DNA of 64,000 nt from Candidatus Fraserbacteria bacterium (lineage in GTDB: Bacteria > Bipolaricaulota > Bipolaricaulia > RBG-16-55-9 > DRXL01). Numbering within the stretch: the stretch's first letter is position 1; every line of letters starts with the position of its first letter. The position numbers and the translations under genes are program-made. The DNA lies in contig CAMTVK010000021.1 of the NCBI GenBank assembly GCA_947085185.1, positions 72,409-136,408 on the forward strand, written 5' to 3'. Under the pieces are notes generated by a model. It was not told where the DNA came from, ran no database searches, and saw only the letters and a list, made by a program, of their open reading frames with translations. Of this stretch, positions 1-8,423 are shown in pieces.

Positions 1-1153
1 TAAGCTCATCGAAGGCTTTCTTGAACTCGTCTACGCCCACAATCGCCCCAGGCGGGTTAGAGACGATGCGCAGCCGGTCACGCAGAGCCGTCCCCGTAAT
101 GGCAGCTCTGTCTACGATGGCCTTGGCGATAGAGAGCCCGATGACCGCCACGGCGTCGTAGGCCGAGTCCATGAAGGGCAACGGAGGCTTGGTGCCATAC
201 TTCTTCTCATAAGCCCCTGAGAACGCCTTGAAGCCTCCCCGCTCGGGGTCGGAACCTGGAGACGTCCCCAGCTTGCCTTCTAAGTCCTTGGCTCCGATCG
301 CCTTGATGATCTCCTCTGACTGCGTGCCGTCCACAAACTGCCAGCTCGTGTATTTGAAGATGTCGCGGGACTCCTTCAAGTAGACGGTGGCATGGCCCGG
401 ATAGCCGATGGCCAAGAGCACTTCGGGATCGTCCTTTAAGGCCAGTGCTAGCTCTGACGTGTAAGTGGGCTTGGGCTCCTCAGGGTGAGGCACCTGAGCC
501 GTCACCACGCCGCCCCTAAGCTGGAAGGAGCGAGCGAAGACGTTGCTCAACCCCTGGCCGTATGGGTTGTTCACGTATATCGTCGCAGCGGTCCTGTACT
601 TCTTGCCGATGGGCAGGAACTCGCCGCGGGCCAGCTGGGCGGCTACGACGCCCTGAAACGCATCGGAGGCTGTGGTGCGGAACAGAAAATCTTGGCCCAC
701 ATCGGCGGGCAGGATGGTGATGAGCGGCGAAGTGGATGCGGGTGAGATTTGCAACACCTTATTCGGGATCGTCACTGTCGTGGCAATAGGGATGGTCACA
801 CCGCTGGCGAGTGAGCCCACGATGGCCGGAACCTTATCGACCTCCACGAGCTTCTTGGCCTTGTCAACGCCGATGGCCGCTGTGGTGCCTGAGTCCTCGT
901 GGATCAGCCTGATGATCGGTCCGCCGAGGACGGCTCTGGCGGCTTCGTTGATCTGCTCCGCTGCCAGCTCAGCAGCGTTGCGGAAGGGCGGGCCGAACTC
1001 TGCCAACGCTCCCGTATAGTCAAATAGCGTACCCACGGGCACGACCGGCGGCTGGGCGGCGAAGATCGGCCCTCGCAAGACCCCGCTCAACGTGGCCGTC
1101 CCAACAGCAAGCCCAATCCCCTTCAAGAACGTACGGCGTTTGAGAGCTTTCAT
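1..1153 (-). CDS. ABC transporter substrate-binding protein, branched-chain amino acid (LivK/PBP1) family, Tat-exported; runs off the window end
   Basis: Manual translation from ATG at 1153: MKALKRRTFLKGIGLAVGTA (twin-arginine signal), then VPVGTLFDYTGALAEFG...AAELAAEQINEA, typical of PBP1 amino-acid binding proteins. Missing from the ORF track because it is truncated. Confidence 0.85.
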   Translation of the reverse strand, partial: MKALKRRTFLKGIGLAVGTATLSGVLRGPIFAAQPPVVPVGTLFDYTGALAEFGPPFRNAAELAAEQINEAARAVLGGPIIRLIHEDSGTTAAIGVDKAKKLVEVDKVPAIVGSLASGVTIPIATTVTIPNKVLQISPASTSPLITILPADVGQDFLFRTTASDAFQGVVAAQLARGEFLPIGKKYRTAATIYVNNPYGQGLSNVFARSFQLRGGVVTAQVPHPEEPKPTYTSELALALKDDPEVLLAIGYPGHATVYLKESRDIFKYTSWQFVDGTQSEEIIKAIGAKDLEGKLGTSPGSDPERGGFKAFSGAYEKKYGTKPPLPFMDSAYDAVAVIGLSIAKAIVDRAAITGTALRDRLRIVSNPPGAIVGVDEFKKAFDEL

Positions 1154-1307
1154 CAAAACACCCCCTAAAGTTTTGGCGTTGGAGCCGTCGAGCACCGCAA
1201 AAAATAACTACACTCAGATTCCTCCATTATTTTTTGCCAACCACCTCCTGGCATCTGATTTTCGTCAGCTGTTCTTCCGGCGCTCGACGGCTTTTTGAGT
1301 GAGCAAT

Positions 1308-1336
1308 ATTATATATCTGTCCCTTTGGGGAGTCAA
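1308..1336 (-). promoter_or_regulatory. Sigma70-type promoter for the ABC binding-protein gene
   Basis: TTGACT-17 nt-TATAAT on the minus strand. Confidence 0.7.
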
Positions 1337-1394
1337 GACCCCCCCTGAGCGTCATTTGCTAGTTGAGCCTCGGCTATGCTATGCTTAAATATCA

Positions 1395-1958
1395 ATGAAA
1401 GAACACAAAGCGATAGCTGATCTCGTGCGGCGTTTGCTCGCTCATATTGGGGAGGATCCCCAGCGCGAGGGCCTGCGCCAGACCCCACAACGCTTCACAG
1501 AGATGCTCGAAGCGCTCACCATGGGCTATCGCCAAGATCCAAAAGAGATCATCTCCGGGGCGATCTTCCCCGTAGCCTACGACCAGATGATCGTCGCCAA
1601 AGATATTCTCTTTTACAGTTTGTGCGAGCATCATATCCTGCCCTTCTTCGGCAAAGCTCATGTGGGCTATATCCCCGACGGCAGGGTGCTGGGCATGAGC
1701 AAGATCCCCCAGATCGTCGAACACTTCTCGAAGAGGCTGCAAATACAAGAGCGCATGAGCGAGGAGATCGCCGATTTCTTAATGGAAGCGCTCACTCCCA
1801 AGGGGGTCGGCGTCGTCGTCGAGGGCTTTCATCTGTGTATGGCCATGCGAGAGCTCCAAAAAGACGCATGGCTTGTCACCAGCGCTGTCAGGGGCCTCTT
1901 CAAGAGAGATCCGCGCACCCGCGCGGAGTTCATGGAGCTTATTGGGCGACGCTTATGA
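1395..1958 (+). CDS. folE: GTP cyclohydrolase I
   Basis: GEDPQREGLRQTP, SLCEHHILPF, RLQIQER and HLCMAMR motifs. Confidence 0.95.
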   Translation: MKEHKAIADLVRRLLAHIGEDPQREGLRQTPQRFTEMLEALTMGYRQDPKEIISGAIFPVAYDQMIVAKDILFYSLCEHHILPFFGKAHVGYIPDGRVLGMSKIPQIVEHFSKRLQIQERMSEEIADFLMEALTPKGVGVVVEGFHLCMAMRELQKDAWLVTSAVRGLFKRDPRTRAEFMELIGRRL

Positions 1959-2338
1959 GACGGCATCAAGACTGGCTTCGTCAAGCCAAGCGCAAGCTGG
2001 AGTCAGCTCAGTGGGCTATCCAAGGGCAGTTCTACGAAGATGCGTGCTTCGCTGCCCAGCAAGCAGCAGAGCTCGCCGCCAAAGCCCTTTTAGAGAGCCA
2101 AGGACGGATCGAGCTCGGCCATTCTGTGCTGCAACTGCTCAAGGCTGCCGGAGTGCGCCAGCGCAAGATCCTCGCCGCGGCTCGCCTCCTGGATCGGTAT
2201 TATATACCCACACGATACCCTAACGGCTTTGCTCAAGGGGCTCCTATGGATTATTATGATAAGCCCACAGCCCAGGAGGCGGTACGCCGTGCGCAGGATA
2301 TCGTGGACTTCGTGGAAACCCAGATTAGCAGCGTATAA
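1955..2338 (+). CDS. HEPN domain protein (HEPN/MNT toxin-antitoxin)
   Basis: ATG overlaps the folE stop. ACFAAQQAAELAAKALL...GHS...LDRYYIPTRYP is the HEPN signature. Confidence 0.85.
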   Translation: MRRHQDWLRQAKRKLESAQWAIQGQFYEDACFAAQQAAELAAKALLESQGRIELGHSVLQLLKAAGVRQRKILAAARLLDRYYIPTRYPNGFAQGAPMDYYDKPTAQEAVRRAQDIVDFVETQISSV

Positions 2339-2342
2339 GCAC

Positions 2343-2753
2343 GTGGCAGCGCTCGAGGCCTTCCTGCAACGCGCCCAAAGCCACCTCCACCCAGCTGCCC
2401 TCATTCTCTTCGGCTCGCTTGCTAAAGACGATTATCACCAACAGAGCGACGCCGATGTCTGCGTCATCTTAGATCACCCCTCGGTGGACTTCTTTGCAGG
2501 GTACGATCGCGTCGCACGCTTAGACCCAGAGGGCATCGTCCAGCCCGTCGTCTTTGGCACAAAGCAATTTCTTGAGCAGATATCTGCGGCCAACGCGCTC
2601 GCCTTGGAGATCTGTCATGATGGCATCGTCTTGGCTGGGCGTGAAGACTATCTCGATCAAGTAGCGTTGAGCTTCGCTCGTGTCCGCTACGCCAAGACTG
2701 CTACGGGCTGGATTAAAATCCCGCACCGTCGCTCGGCGTATACGAGATCGTGA
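2343..2753 (+). CDS. Minimal nucleotidyltransferase (MNT) antitoxin
   Basis: ILFGSLAKDDYHQQSDADV (GS..DxD). The GTG start at 2343 is inferred. Confidence 0.8.
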   Translation: MAALEAFLQRAQSHLHPAALILFGSLAKDDYHQQSDADVCVILDHPSVDFFAGYDRVARLDPEGIVQPVVFGTKQFLEQISAANALALEICHDGIVLAGREDYLDQVALSFARVRYAKTATGWIKIPHRRSAYTRS

Positions 2754-3390
2754 ATTCTGCTAAAAATCCACTAAAATCCCGAGGCGGCCCAGGGACTCTC
2801 TCAGAGAAATGCTCCCATGCCCCAGACCAGGGCGACCAACTGTACCCCAGCGACGCCCTCAGCGTAATCACATCGGTCAGCACGAACTCGATCCCACCCC
2901 GCAGCACTATCGCCAAGAACATGCGACGTAAGAGCGTGTCGTGGGCCGTCTGCAGGAGACTTTCAAACGTCTCTTCAGTGATGGCACGCACCCCCAAGAG
3001 CAACGTCGCCGTGCCCACACCAAGACCGCCGCTCCCAAAGGCGCGCAGCGCCGGAACTCTCTCCGAGAGCGCCCAACGACGATCTACAAACGCACTAAAA
3101 TAGAAGAGCGTGAGGCTCACCCGGCGCGCTCCGCGCTCCGCGCCCACAGAACCCTCGGCAATAGACAATCCTAAGGGAAGCCATGCGACTGCGCGCACCC
3201 GCGTCCAGCTCCCTGTCATGGCGATGGGCGCAGAGATTTTCGGGAAGTCACTCTTCTCCAAAAGCCCATTGAGATCGCTCAGATTCACATAGAACAGCGC
3301 GGAGACCGGCTCAAAAGTCGGCCACGGCTCTTGGGCGCAGGCAGCCCCCGCCCACACGAGAACCCCCAACAGACCGAGCAGCTTGTTCAT
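2713..3390 (-). CDS. Secreted hypothetical protein, possibly outer-membrane beta-barrel-like
   Basis: Signal peptide, GGAGG RBS, amphipathic beta-strand pattern (GGLGVGTA, LRGGIEF, FTISY). Confidence 0.55.
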   Translation of the reverse strand: MNKLLGLLGVLVWAGAACAQEPWPTFEPVSALFYVNLSDLNGLLEKSDFPKISAPIAMTGSWTRVRAVAWLPLGLSIAEGSVGAERGARRVSLTLFYFSAFVDRRWALSERVPALRAFGSGGLGVGTATLLLGVRAITEETFESLLQTAHDTLLRRMFLAIVLRGGIEFVLTDVITLRASLGYSWSPWSGAWEHFSERVPGPPRDFSGFLAEFTISYTPSDGAGF

Positions 3391-3405
3391 GATCGAACCT
3401 CCTTC

Positions 3406-3440
3406 AACTTGGAACTTCGAACTTGCAACTGTGAACTGTT
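3406..3440. repeat. Intergenic heptamer tandem repeat (AACTTNN x5)
   Basis: aacttgg aacttcg aacttgc aactgtg aactgtt. Confidence 0.6.
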
Positions 3441-4331
3441 CTAATGCTCATACCCCCGATCGGGCAGAGTATAGCTTTCTGGGCCAAGCTGTAGAGTTAT
3501 GCCCTGGTCTTTGGACACGACTCGCCCGATCACCGTGAATTCACAGACCCGCCGCGCCTCAAAGAGTTTCTCTTGAGGGAGCGTAAAGAGCAGCTCAAAG
3601 TCTTCCCCGAAAAAGAGCCCCATCTCGAAGATCTCGTCTTGATCGCGCGCCAGCTCTTCGACTTCGAGGGCGAACGGGATCGCCGTCGCGTCAATCTTGA
3701 ACCCAACTTGACTGGCTTCGCCAAGCTGATAGAGCGAGCGCGCCAGCCCGTCAGAGATATCTATCATACTGCTGGCGAGGGGTGCGAGGGCCTGACCCTG
3801 GCGCACTCGGGGCAGAAAGCGCAACAGCTCATTGGCTTGCTCAAAGTCCTTCTCTGTGAGGAGCTGCAAGGCTGCCGCCGTCCGCCCCAGATCGCCCGTC
3901 ACGCAGACTAAGTCCGCGACGCGAGCACCGGAGCGCAAGACGGGTCTGGGCGCCTCCCCAAGTGCCGTCGTCACAACTGTGAACTCACTATGCCGATCAG
4001 TGTCCCCGCCCAAAAGGGGAGTCTGGCACGCGGTGCAGCACGCCAGCGCTCCATCCAAAAACTCCTTGAGAAATTTCCGATCAAACTGCGGCGCCCCAAG
4101 GGCGATCACAACCCCTATGGGCCGCCCGCCCATCGCGGCGATGTCGCTCAACGAGACAGCTACAGTGCGCCACCCCATCGTATAGGGCGCCATCCCTTCG
4201 GGAAAATCCGTCTGACGGTGGAGCATATCGGTGGTCAGCAAGAGATTGGTCTTCTTAAACGGAACGACGGCGCAATCGTCGCCGATGGGGAGTCTCTCGC
4301 GTAAGAGCTTGATGACGTCGCGCTCGCGCAT
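3441..4331 (-). CDS. thiL: Thiamine-phosphate kinase
   Basis: IGDDCA, SLSDIAAMGG, LGGDT, IDISDGL, GEDFELLFT, C-terminal GYEH. Start set at MRERD. Confidence 0.95.
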   Translation of the reverse strand: MRERDVIKLLRERLPIGDDCAVVPFKKTNLLLTTDMLHRQTDFPEGMAPYTMGWRTVAVSLSDIAAMGGRPIGVVIALGAPQFDRKFLKEFLDGALACCTACQTPLLGGDTDRHSEFTVVTTALGEAPRPVLRSGARVADLVCVTGDLGRTAAALQLLTEKDFEQANELLRFLPRVRQGQALAPLASSMIDISDGLARSLYQLGEASQVGFKIDATAIPFALEVEELARDQDEIFEMGLFFGEDFELLFTLPQEKLFEARRVCEFTVIGRVVSKDQGITLQLGPESYTLPDRGYEH

Positions 4332-4346
4332 GGGCTTACTATACAC

Positions 4347-5105
4347 TCACGGCGACCTCTTGTCCATGTCGCCCATAATGGCCGCGATGTGCCTCTCTAA
4401 TTTGGGGTAGTGCGTGCCGCGCCAGTAGGGCTTCTGGCAGCTTGTACAGATAAGAAACTCATCGTGCTCGACGGCGACCCGCGGGGGGATGTGGGAGAGA
4501 ATCTGTTCTTTGGCGATGGGCTCAAGCAGCCCGTTGCACACCAAGCACCGTCGGAACGGGTCGATGAGCGCTTCTAAGTTGAAGCGTCGCACGACGGCAC
4601 GGGCTTGCTTGAGGGGATCGGTCGAGCGCAGCCAATAGCCGTGAGTGACGGCGTTGTGCTTGAGCAGATCGCGGTCGCGCGTGAGTACGATCCGCCCCTC
4701 TGCCGCCGCGATAGCTACAAGCTCCCTGTCTTCGTAGGAGTTTGAGTGCAGGGTGTCGAACCCCAAAAGCCGCAACAGACGCGCCAACTTCCCCAAGTGC
4801 ACATCAGCAATGAACGCCATCTGTCTGAGTGGCTTCTCCCGCAGCTGCACGATGGGCGAGATGTCGAAGCTCTCGAAGACTGGGTAGACCGCAACGCGAT
4901 CCCGATCGCTCAAACGATACAAAAACCCTACGGACTGCCCATTGACAATGATGAGATCAACTTCGGTGTGCGGCACCCCTAGGGCTTCAATAGCGTCCTT
5001 CACTGCCGGAGTGTTCTGAAATCTGTACTCGATATCACACTGGCGGTGTTTGGGCGGGAGGAAGTCGTTGAGTTCGCCGTAGAACCGAAAGACTGCTGTA
5101 CTCAT
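4347..5105 (-). CDS. Mut7-C RNase (PIN-like) protein with N-terminal ubiquitin-like domain
   Basis: FRFYGELNDFLP, IEALGVPHTEVDL, FIADVHLGKLARLLRLLGFD, RCLVCN...CTSCQKPYWRGTH. Confidence 0.9.
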   Translation of the reverse strand: MSTAVFRFYGELNDFLPPKHRQCDIEYRFQNTPAVKDAIEALGVPHTEVDLIIVNGQSVGFLYRLSDRDRVAVYPVFESFDISPIVQLREKPLRQMAFIADVHLGKLARLLRLLGFDTLHSNSYEDRELVAIAAAEGRIVLTRDRDLLKHNAVTHGYWLRSTDPLKQARAVVRRFNLEALIDPFRRCLVCNGLLEPIAKEQILSHIPPRVAVEHDEFLICTSCQKPYWRGTHYPKLERHIAAIMGDMDKRSP

Positions 5106-5973
5106 GGTCTGGGATGTATTTTACCAAGTTGGCACGCGTGAGCACAGTACGCTACACTCAATTCAGTGCAGGGCGGTCTTCCTTGACCGCTGGGATGGCA
5201 CGTGTCCGCCGTGCGATGCAGCCATCAGCGCGGGATTGCAGCTGATTCTCACCGTGCGTGCCAACGGCGGCCCCCGCCTTCCCACAGCACCCCCAGCTCA
5301 TCTTCATGCCTACCAAACGGCTCTTGCGGCGGTCCTCGATCGGTATCGCCCTGCAGTGCTCGTTGTGGAGAACGAAGAGAATTCGGCCCTGTTTTACTCC
5401 GGCACCCCGGAAGAATACGGCGTCCAAGTGCAAGCGGCCTGCGACGTTGCCCATCACAAACATATCCCCTGCACCAACGGAGGCTTGGTGAGTACGTTGG
5501 TAGCTCTCTTAGTGTACGATTATTACTTGTCCACAGGGCAGCTTTCTGCGGCTCGGGACTTTGCCTCACGAGCGTTCACCGCGGAGCAGCAACAGCAGCT
5601 TGGGAGTGCCCAAGCTCAGGAGCAGATTCGCAAGGGCAAGGCACTACTTGCGGCTTACCGCGCCGCAGGTGTGGATTTTGTGAACTTTCATTGGTACATA
5701 GCCGATCCGGGCGCGCTGAAAGAAGCCGTAACGTATCTGCGGGCTCAGCTTGGCCGCCCTGTCATCACGAACGAAGTCGGGCAATTCACTGATGATCCCA
5801 CTGAGACGTGGAGCAAGATGAATACGATTGTGGAGCTGGGCCTGCCCATGGCCGTGTGGTTTGCCCAAGACGGGCCACAGGCCCGCGGGCTCGTCAACCC
5901 AAACGGCTCTCTGCGCCCAACAGGCGAAGCATTCCGACGCTTCATCGCCCAGACTTTTGGGACCAAACCATGA
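5104..5973 (+). CDS. Hypothetical glycoside-hydrolase-like TIM-barrel protein, possibly N-terminally truncated
   Basis: VENEEN, DFVNFHWY and VITNEVG resemble clan GH-A catalytic motifs. The start overlaps the divergent gene and has no signal peptide. Confidence 0.5.
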   Translation: MVWDVFYQVGTREHSTLHSIQCRAVFLDRWDGTCPPCDAAISAGLQLILTVRANGGPRLPTAPPAHLHAYQTALAAVLDRYRPAVLVVENEENSALFYSGTPEEYGVQVQAACDVAHHKHIPCTNGGLVSTLVALLVYDYYLSTGQLSAARDFASRAFTAEQQQQLGSAQAQEQIRKGKALLAAYRAAGVDFVNFHWYIADPGALKEAVTYLRAQLGRPVITNEVGQFTDDPTETWSKMNTIVELGLPMAVWFAQDGPQARGLVNPNGSLRPTGEAFRRFIAQTFGTKP

Positions 5974-6014
5974 CGCTTGACAGAGCTCGCTCAGAGAGCT
6001 ACAGTAAGAGTGCT

Positions 6015-6611
6015 ATGGGAGAGTCGGCCAAGACCAGGCTCAGCTACGAGGAGTTCTTAAAGCTCTACGACGAAGACGTCCACGCCGAGTGGATGGACGG
6101 CGAGGTGATTCTGTTGTCCCCAGCATCGAGTCGTCATCAAGATCTCTCAGATTTCTTAACAGCCATCTTGAGAGCGTATGTGGAAGCCAAGCGGCTTGGT
6201 GTCGTGCGATCAGCACCCTTCCAGATGCGCCTTGGGCTTTCTGGGCGCGAGCCCGATCTGCTCTTTGTAGCCCAAGAACATATAGAGCGCCTCCAAGAGA
6301 ACTATCTTGACGGCCCAGCAGATCTCGTCATTGAGATCGTCTCACCGGAGAGCCGCCTGCGCGACCGAGGCGAAAAATTAGCTGAATATGAGCTCTCTGG
6401 CGTGCGTGAGTATTGGCTCATTGACCCCGAGGAGAAGCGCGCCGATTTTTATATTCTCGGCGATGACGGGCGCTATGACCGCCGTCGGTCTGGACCTGAG
6501 GGGCGCTATCGCTCCGAAGTCTTGAAGGGCTTTGAGCTGGACACAAACTGGCTCTGGCGTTCTCCTCTGCCCCCGGTGCTCGAGGTCCTGCGGGAGCTCC
6601 GGCTCGTCTAA
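6015..6611 (+). CDS. Uma2 family (PD-(D/E)XK) endonuclease
   Basis: SYEEFL...EWMDGEV...H, REPDLLFV, DGPADLVIEIVSP, GVREYWLIDP. Preceded by TTGACA-17-TACAGT. Confidence 0.9.
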   Translation: MGESAKTRLSYEEFLKLYDEDVHAEWMDGEVILLSPASSRHQDLSDFLTAILRAYVEAKRLGVVRSAPFQMRLGLSGREPDLLFVAQEHIERLQENYLDGPADLVIEIVSPESRLRDRGEKLAEYELSGVREYWLIDPEEKRADFYILGDDGRYDRRRSGPEGRYRSEVLKGFELDTNWLWRSPLPPVLEVLRELRLV

Positions 6612-6635
6612 AGCTCGCGTGTTCCCCTCAAACAC

Positions 6636-6679
6636 TTGACAAAATCTTTGTTTGCCCATATAATTAGGACTCCTAATTA
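6636..6679 (+). promoter_or_regulatory. Consensus promoter with overlapping palindromic operator
   Basis: TTGACA(6636)-17-TATAAT(6659). Perfect inverted repeat TAATTAGGA-C-TCCTAATTA at 6661-6679. Confidence 0.85.
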
Positions 6680-6706
6680 AATCTCGCAACGCTCAGGAGG
6701 TTCGCT

Positions 6707-7285
6707 ATGACGACTATTCCCGGCTACGCCTACGGGAGCGCCGCTCCCTCGCCCGTCACAATGAAAGAGCTCAATGAGCTCAAGCAAGCCGTGCTCTTCA
6801 CCCCCGAAGACGAAAGATATCTCAAGATGGCCGGCGAAGTCCTCAAAGACCAGATCGAAGAAGTGCTCGATCTGTGGTACGGCTTTGTGGGGTCCCATCC
6901 CCACCTGGTCTATTATTTCTCTGGGCCAGACGGCAAGCCCGACGCAAATTATCTTGCTGCGGTGCGCAAGCGCTTCGGCCAGTGGATCTTGGACACGTGC
7001 ACCCGTCCGTATGATCAGACTTGGCTGAACTATCAGCACGAGATCGGGCTGCGCCACCACCGCACCAAGAAGAACCAAACAGATAGAGCTCGTTCAGTGC
7101 CCATCGTCCCATTACGATATCTCATTGCGTTCATCTATCCCATCACGGCGACGATCAAGCCCTTCTTGGCCAAGAAGGGGCACAGTCCCGAAGATCTTGA
7201 GAAAATGCATCAGGCATGGTTCAAGTCGGTGACGCTCCAAGTGGCGTTGTGGAGCTTCCCCTATGCGAAAGATCGAGATTTCTGA
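6707..7285 (+). CDS. Protoglobin
   Basis: IPGYAYG, LDLWYGFVGSHPHL, YQHEIGLRHHRTKKNQTD, MHQAWFKSV. Confidence 0.92.
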   Translation: MTTIPGYAYGSAAPSPVTMKELNELKQAVLFTPEDERYLKMAGEVLKDQIEEVLDLWYGFVGSHPHLVYYFSGPDGKPDANYLAAVRKRFGQWILDTCTRPYDQTWLNYQHEIGLRHHRTKKNQTDRARSVPIVPLRYLIAFIYPITATIKPFLAKKGHSPEDLEKMHQAWFKSVTLQVALWSFPYAKDRDF

Positions 7286-7875
7286 TGAGTGAACTCGACG
7301 AGAAGCTGGTGGCGGCGCTGGAGCGGCTCTCGCATGTGATGCGAACGCTTCTGTGGGAAGAGGCTGTGCAGAGCCGCCTCAGCCCCATTCAGATTCAGAC
7401 GCTGATCTATCTGAGTTCACATCCGGAAGAGCTTTGCCGGGTAGGGCAGCTCGCCCACGAGTTCGGGCTCACCCCAGCGACCATCAGCGATGCTGTGGAT
7501 GCCCTCGCAGAGAAGGGTCTTCTTGTACGTCGGCCCTGGCCTGAAGACGGGCGCGTCTTGACGTTGTGCTTAACGACCGAGGGCCAGCGTCAAGCGCAAA
7601 GGCTTTCGCGTTGGACCGAAGCGCTTCAAGAGCAGATCGCGCCCTTCCCCCTCGCAGAGAAGGAGCGTGCCTTGAGGTTCTTCTTGGAGCTCATCGAGCG
7701 GCTCTATCGCGCGGGGATCATCACAGTTGCGCGGGTGTGCTTGACGTGCCGGTTCTTCCGCGCGAACGCCCATCCCAACTCGCAGACCCCGCACCATTGC
7801 GCATTAATGGACAAGCCCTTGGCCGAGAGCAAGCTGCGCGTCGATTGCCCCGAGCATGAAGCGGCTCATTGCTGA
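7285..7875 (+). CDS. MarR family regulator with C-terminal Cys/His metal-binding tail
   Basis: wHTH (LSPIQIQ..LAHEFGLTPATISDA..DGR), then CLTCRFF..HHC..DCPEH. Translationally coupled to protoglobin. Confidence 0.88.
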   Translation: MSELDEKLVAALERLSHVMRTLLWEEAVQSRLSPIQIQTLIYLSSHPEELCRVGQLAHEFGLTPATISDAVDALAEKGLLVRRPWPEDGRVLTLCLTTEGQRQAQRLSRWTEALQEQIAPFPLAEKERALRFFLELIERLYRAGIITVARVCLTCRFFRANAHPNSQTPHHCALMDKPLAESKLRVDCPEHEAAHC

Positions 7876-8423
7876 GCGCTCCTAGAGCTTTTTGCCAACA
7901 GCCAGATCACTCCCACCCCTAACAGCACATCCCCCACGCTGAACGCATTAGCAAACGGCACCCAGCTTGGCACCCAAAAGATATCTCCCAAAAGATTGAG
8001 CTTCGTCTGATCGCTCATCATGATGACATTCCCGAAGACGCCTTCTGTCAGCAATCTCTCGACTGTGGCTGTTCTGCCCGCAGCCCGCAGGGCTTCAAGG
8101 GACGCTGGCATATGCCCCCCATTGACGGTAATGACAAGAAAATTCGAGAGCATCCCCAGGGCCATCAACCACAGGGCCTTCTCGCGATAATTGAGCCCCA
8201 CAAAGAGCAGTAAGAGCAGATACGACCCTATGTGTAAAAACTCCATGCCCCAAGTGACGAGGGGCTTCGATCCTGCCCCTAGGGGCAGGATCAGAATTTG
8301 CACGAGCACAGCGAGCAGCACCAGCCAGCTTGCACGCAGTTTCAGCTCTGCTAAATGGGCTATCCCTCGATGGCGTACTAGTCCAACGAGAAGCCCTAAG
8401 AGAATCGCCCAGAGGAGAACCAT
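7866..8423 (-). CDS. DUF5317-like membrane protein
   Basis: NFLVITVNGGHMP and LLGDIF...NAFSVGDV motifs with about 5 TM helices. Confidence 0.8.
   Translation of the reverse strand: MVLLWAILLGLLVGLVRHRGIAHLAELKLRASWLVLLAVLVQILILPLGAGSKPLVTWGMEFLHIGSYLLLLLFVGLNYREKALWLMALGMLSNFLVITVNGGHMPASLEALRAAGRTATVERLLTEGVFGNVIMMSDQTKLNLLGDIFWVPSWVPFANAFSVGDVLLGVGVIWLLAKSSRSAQQ

Noticed and set aside
485..1298. Plus-strand ORFs at the window start
   Set aside because: They are antisense to the ABC binding-protein gene and its leader.
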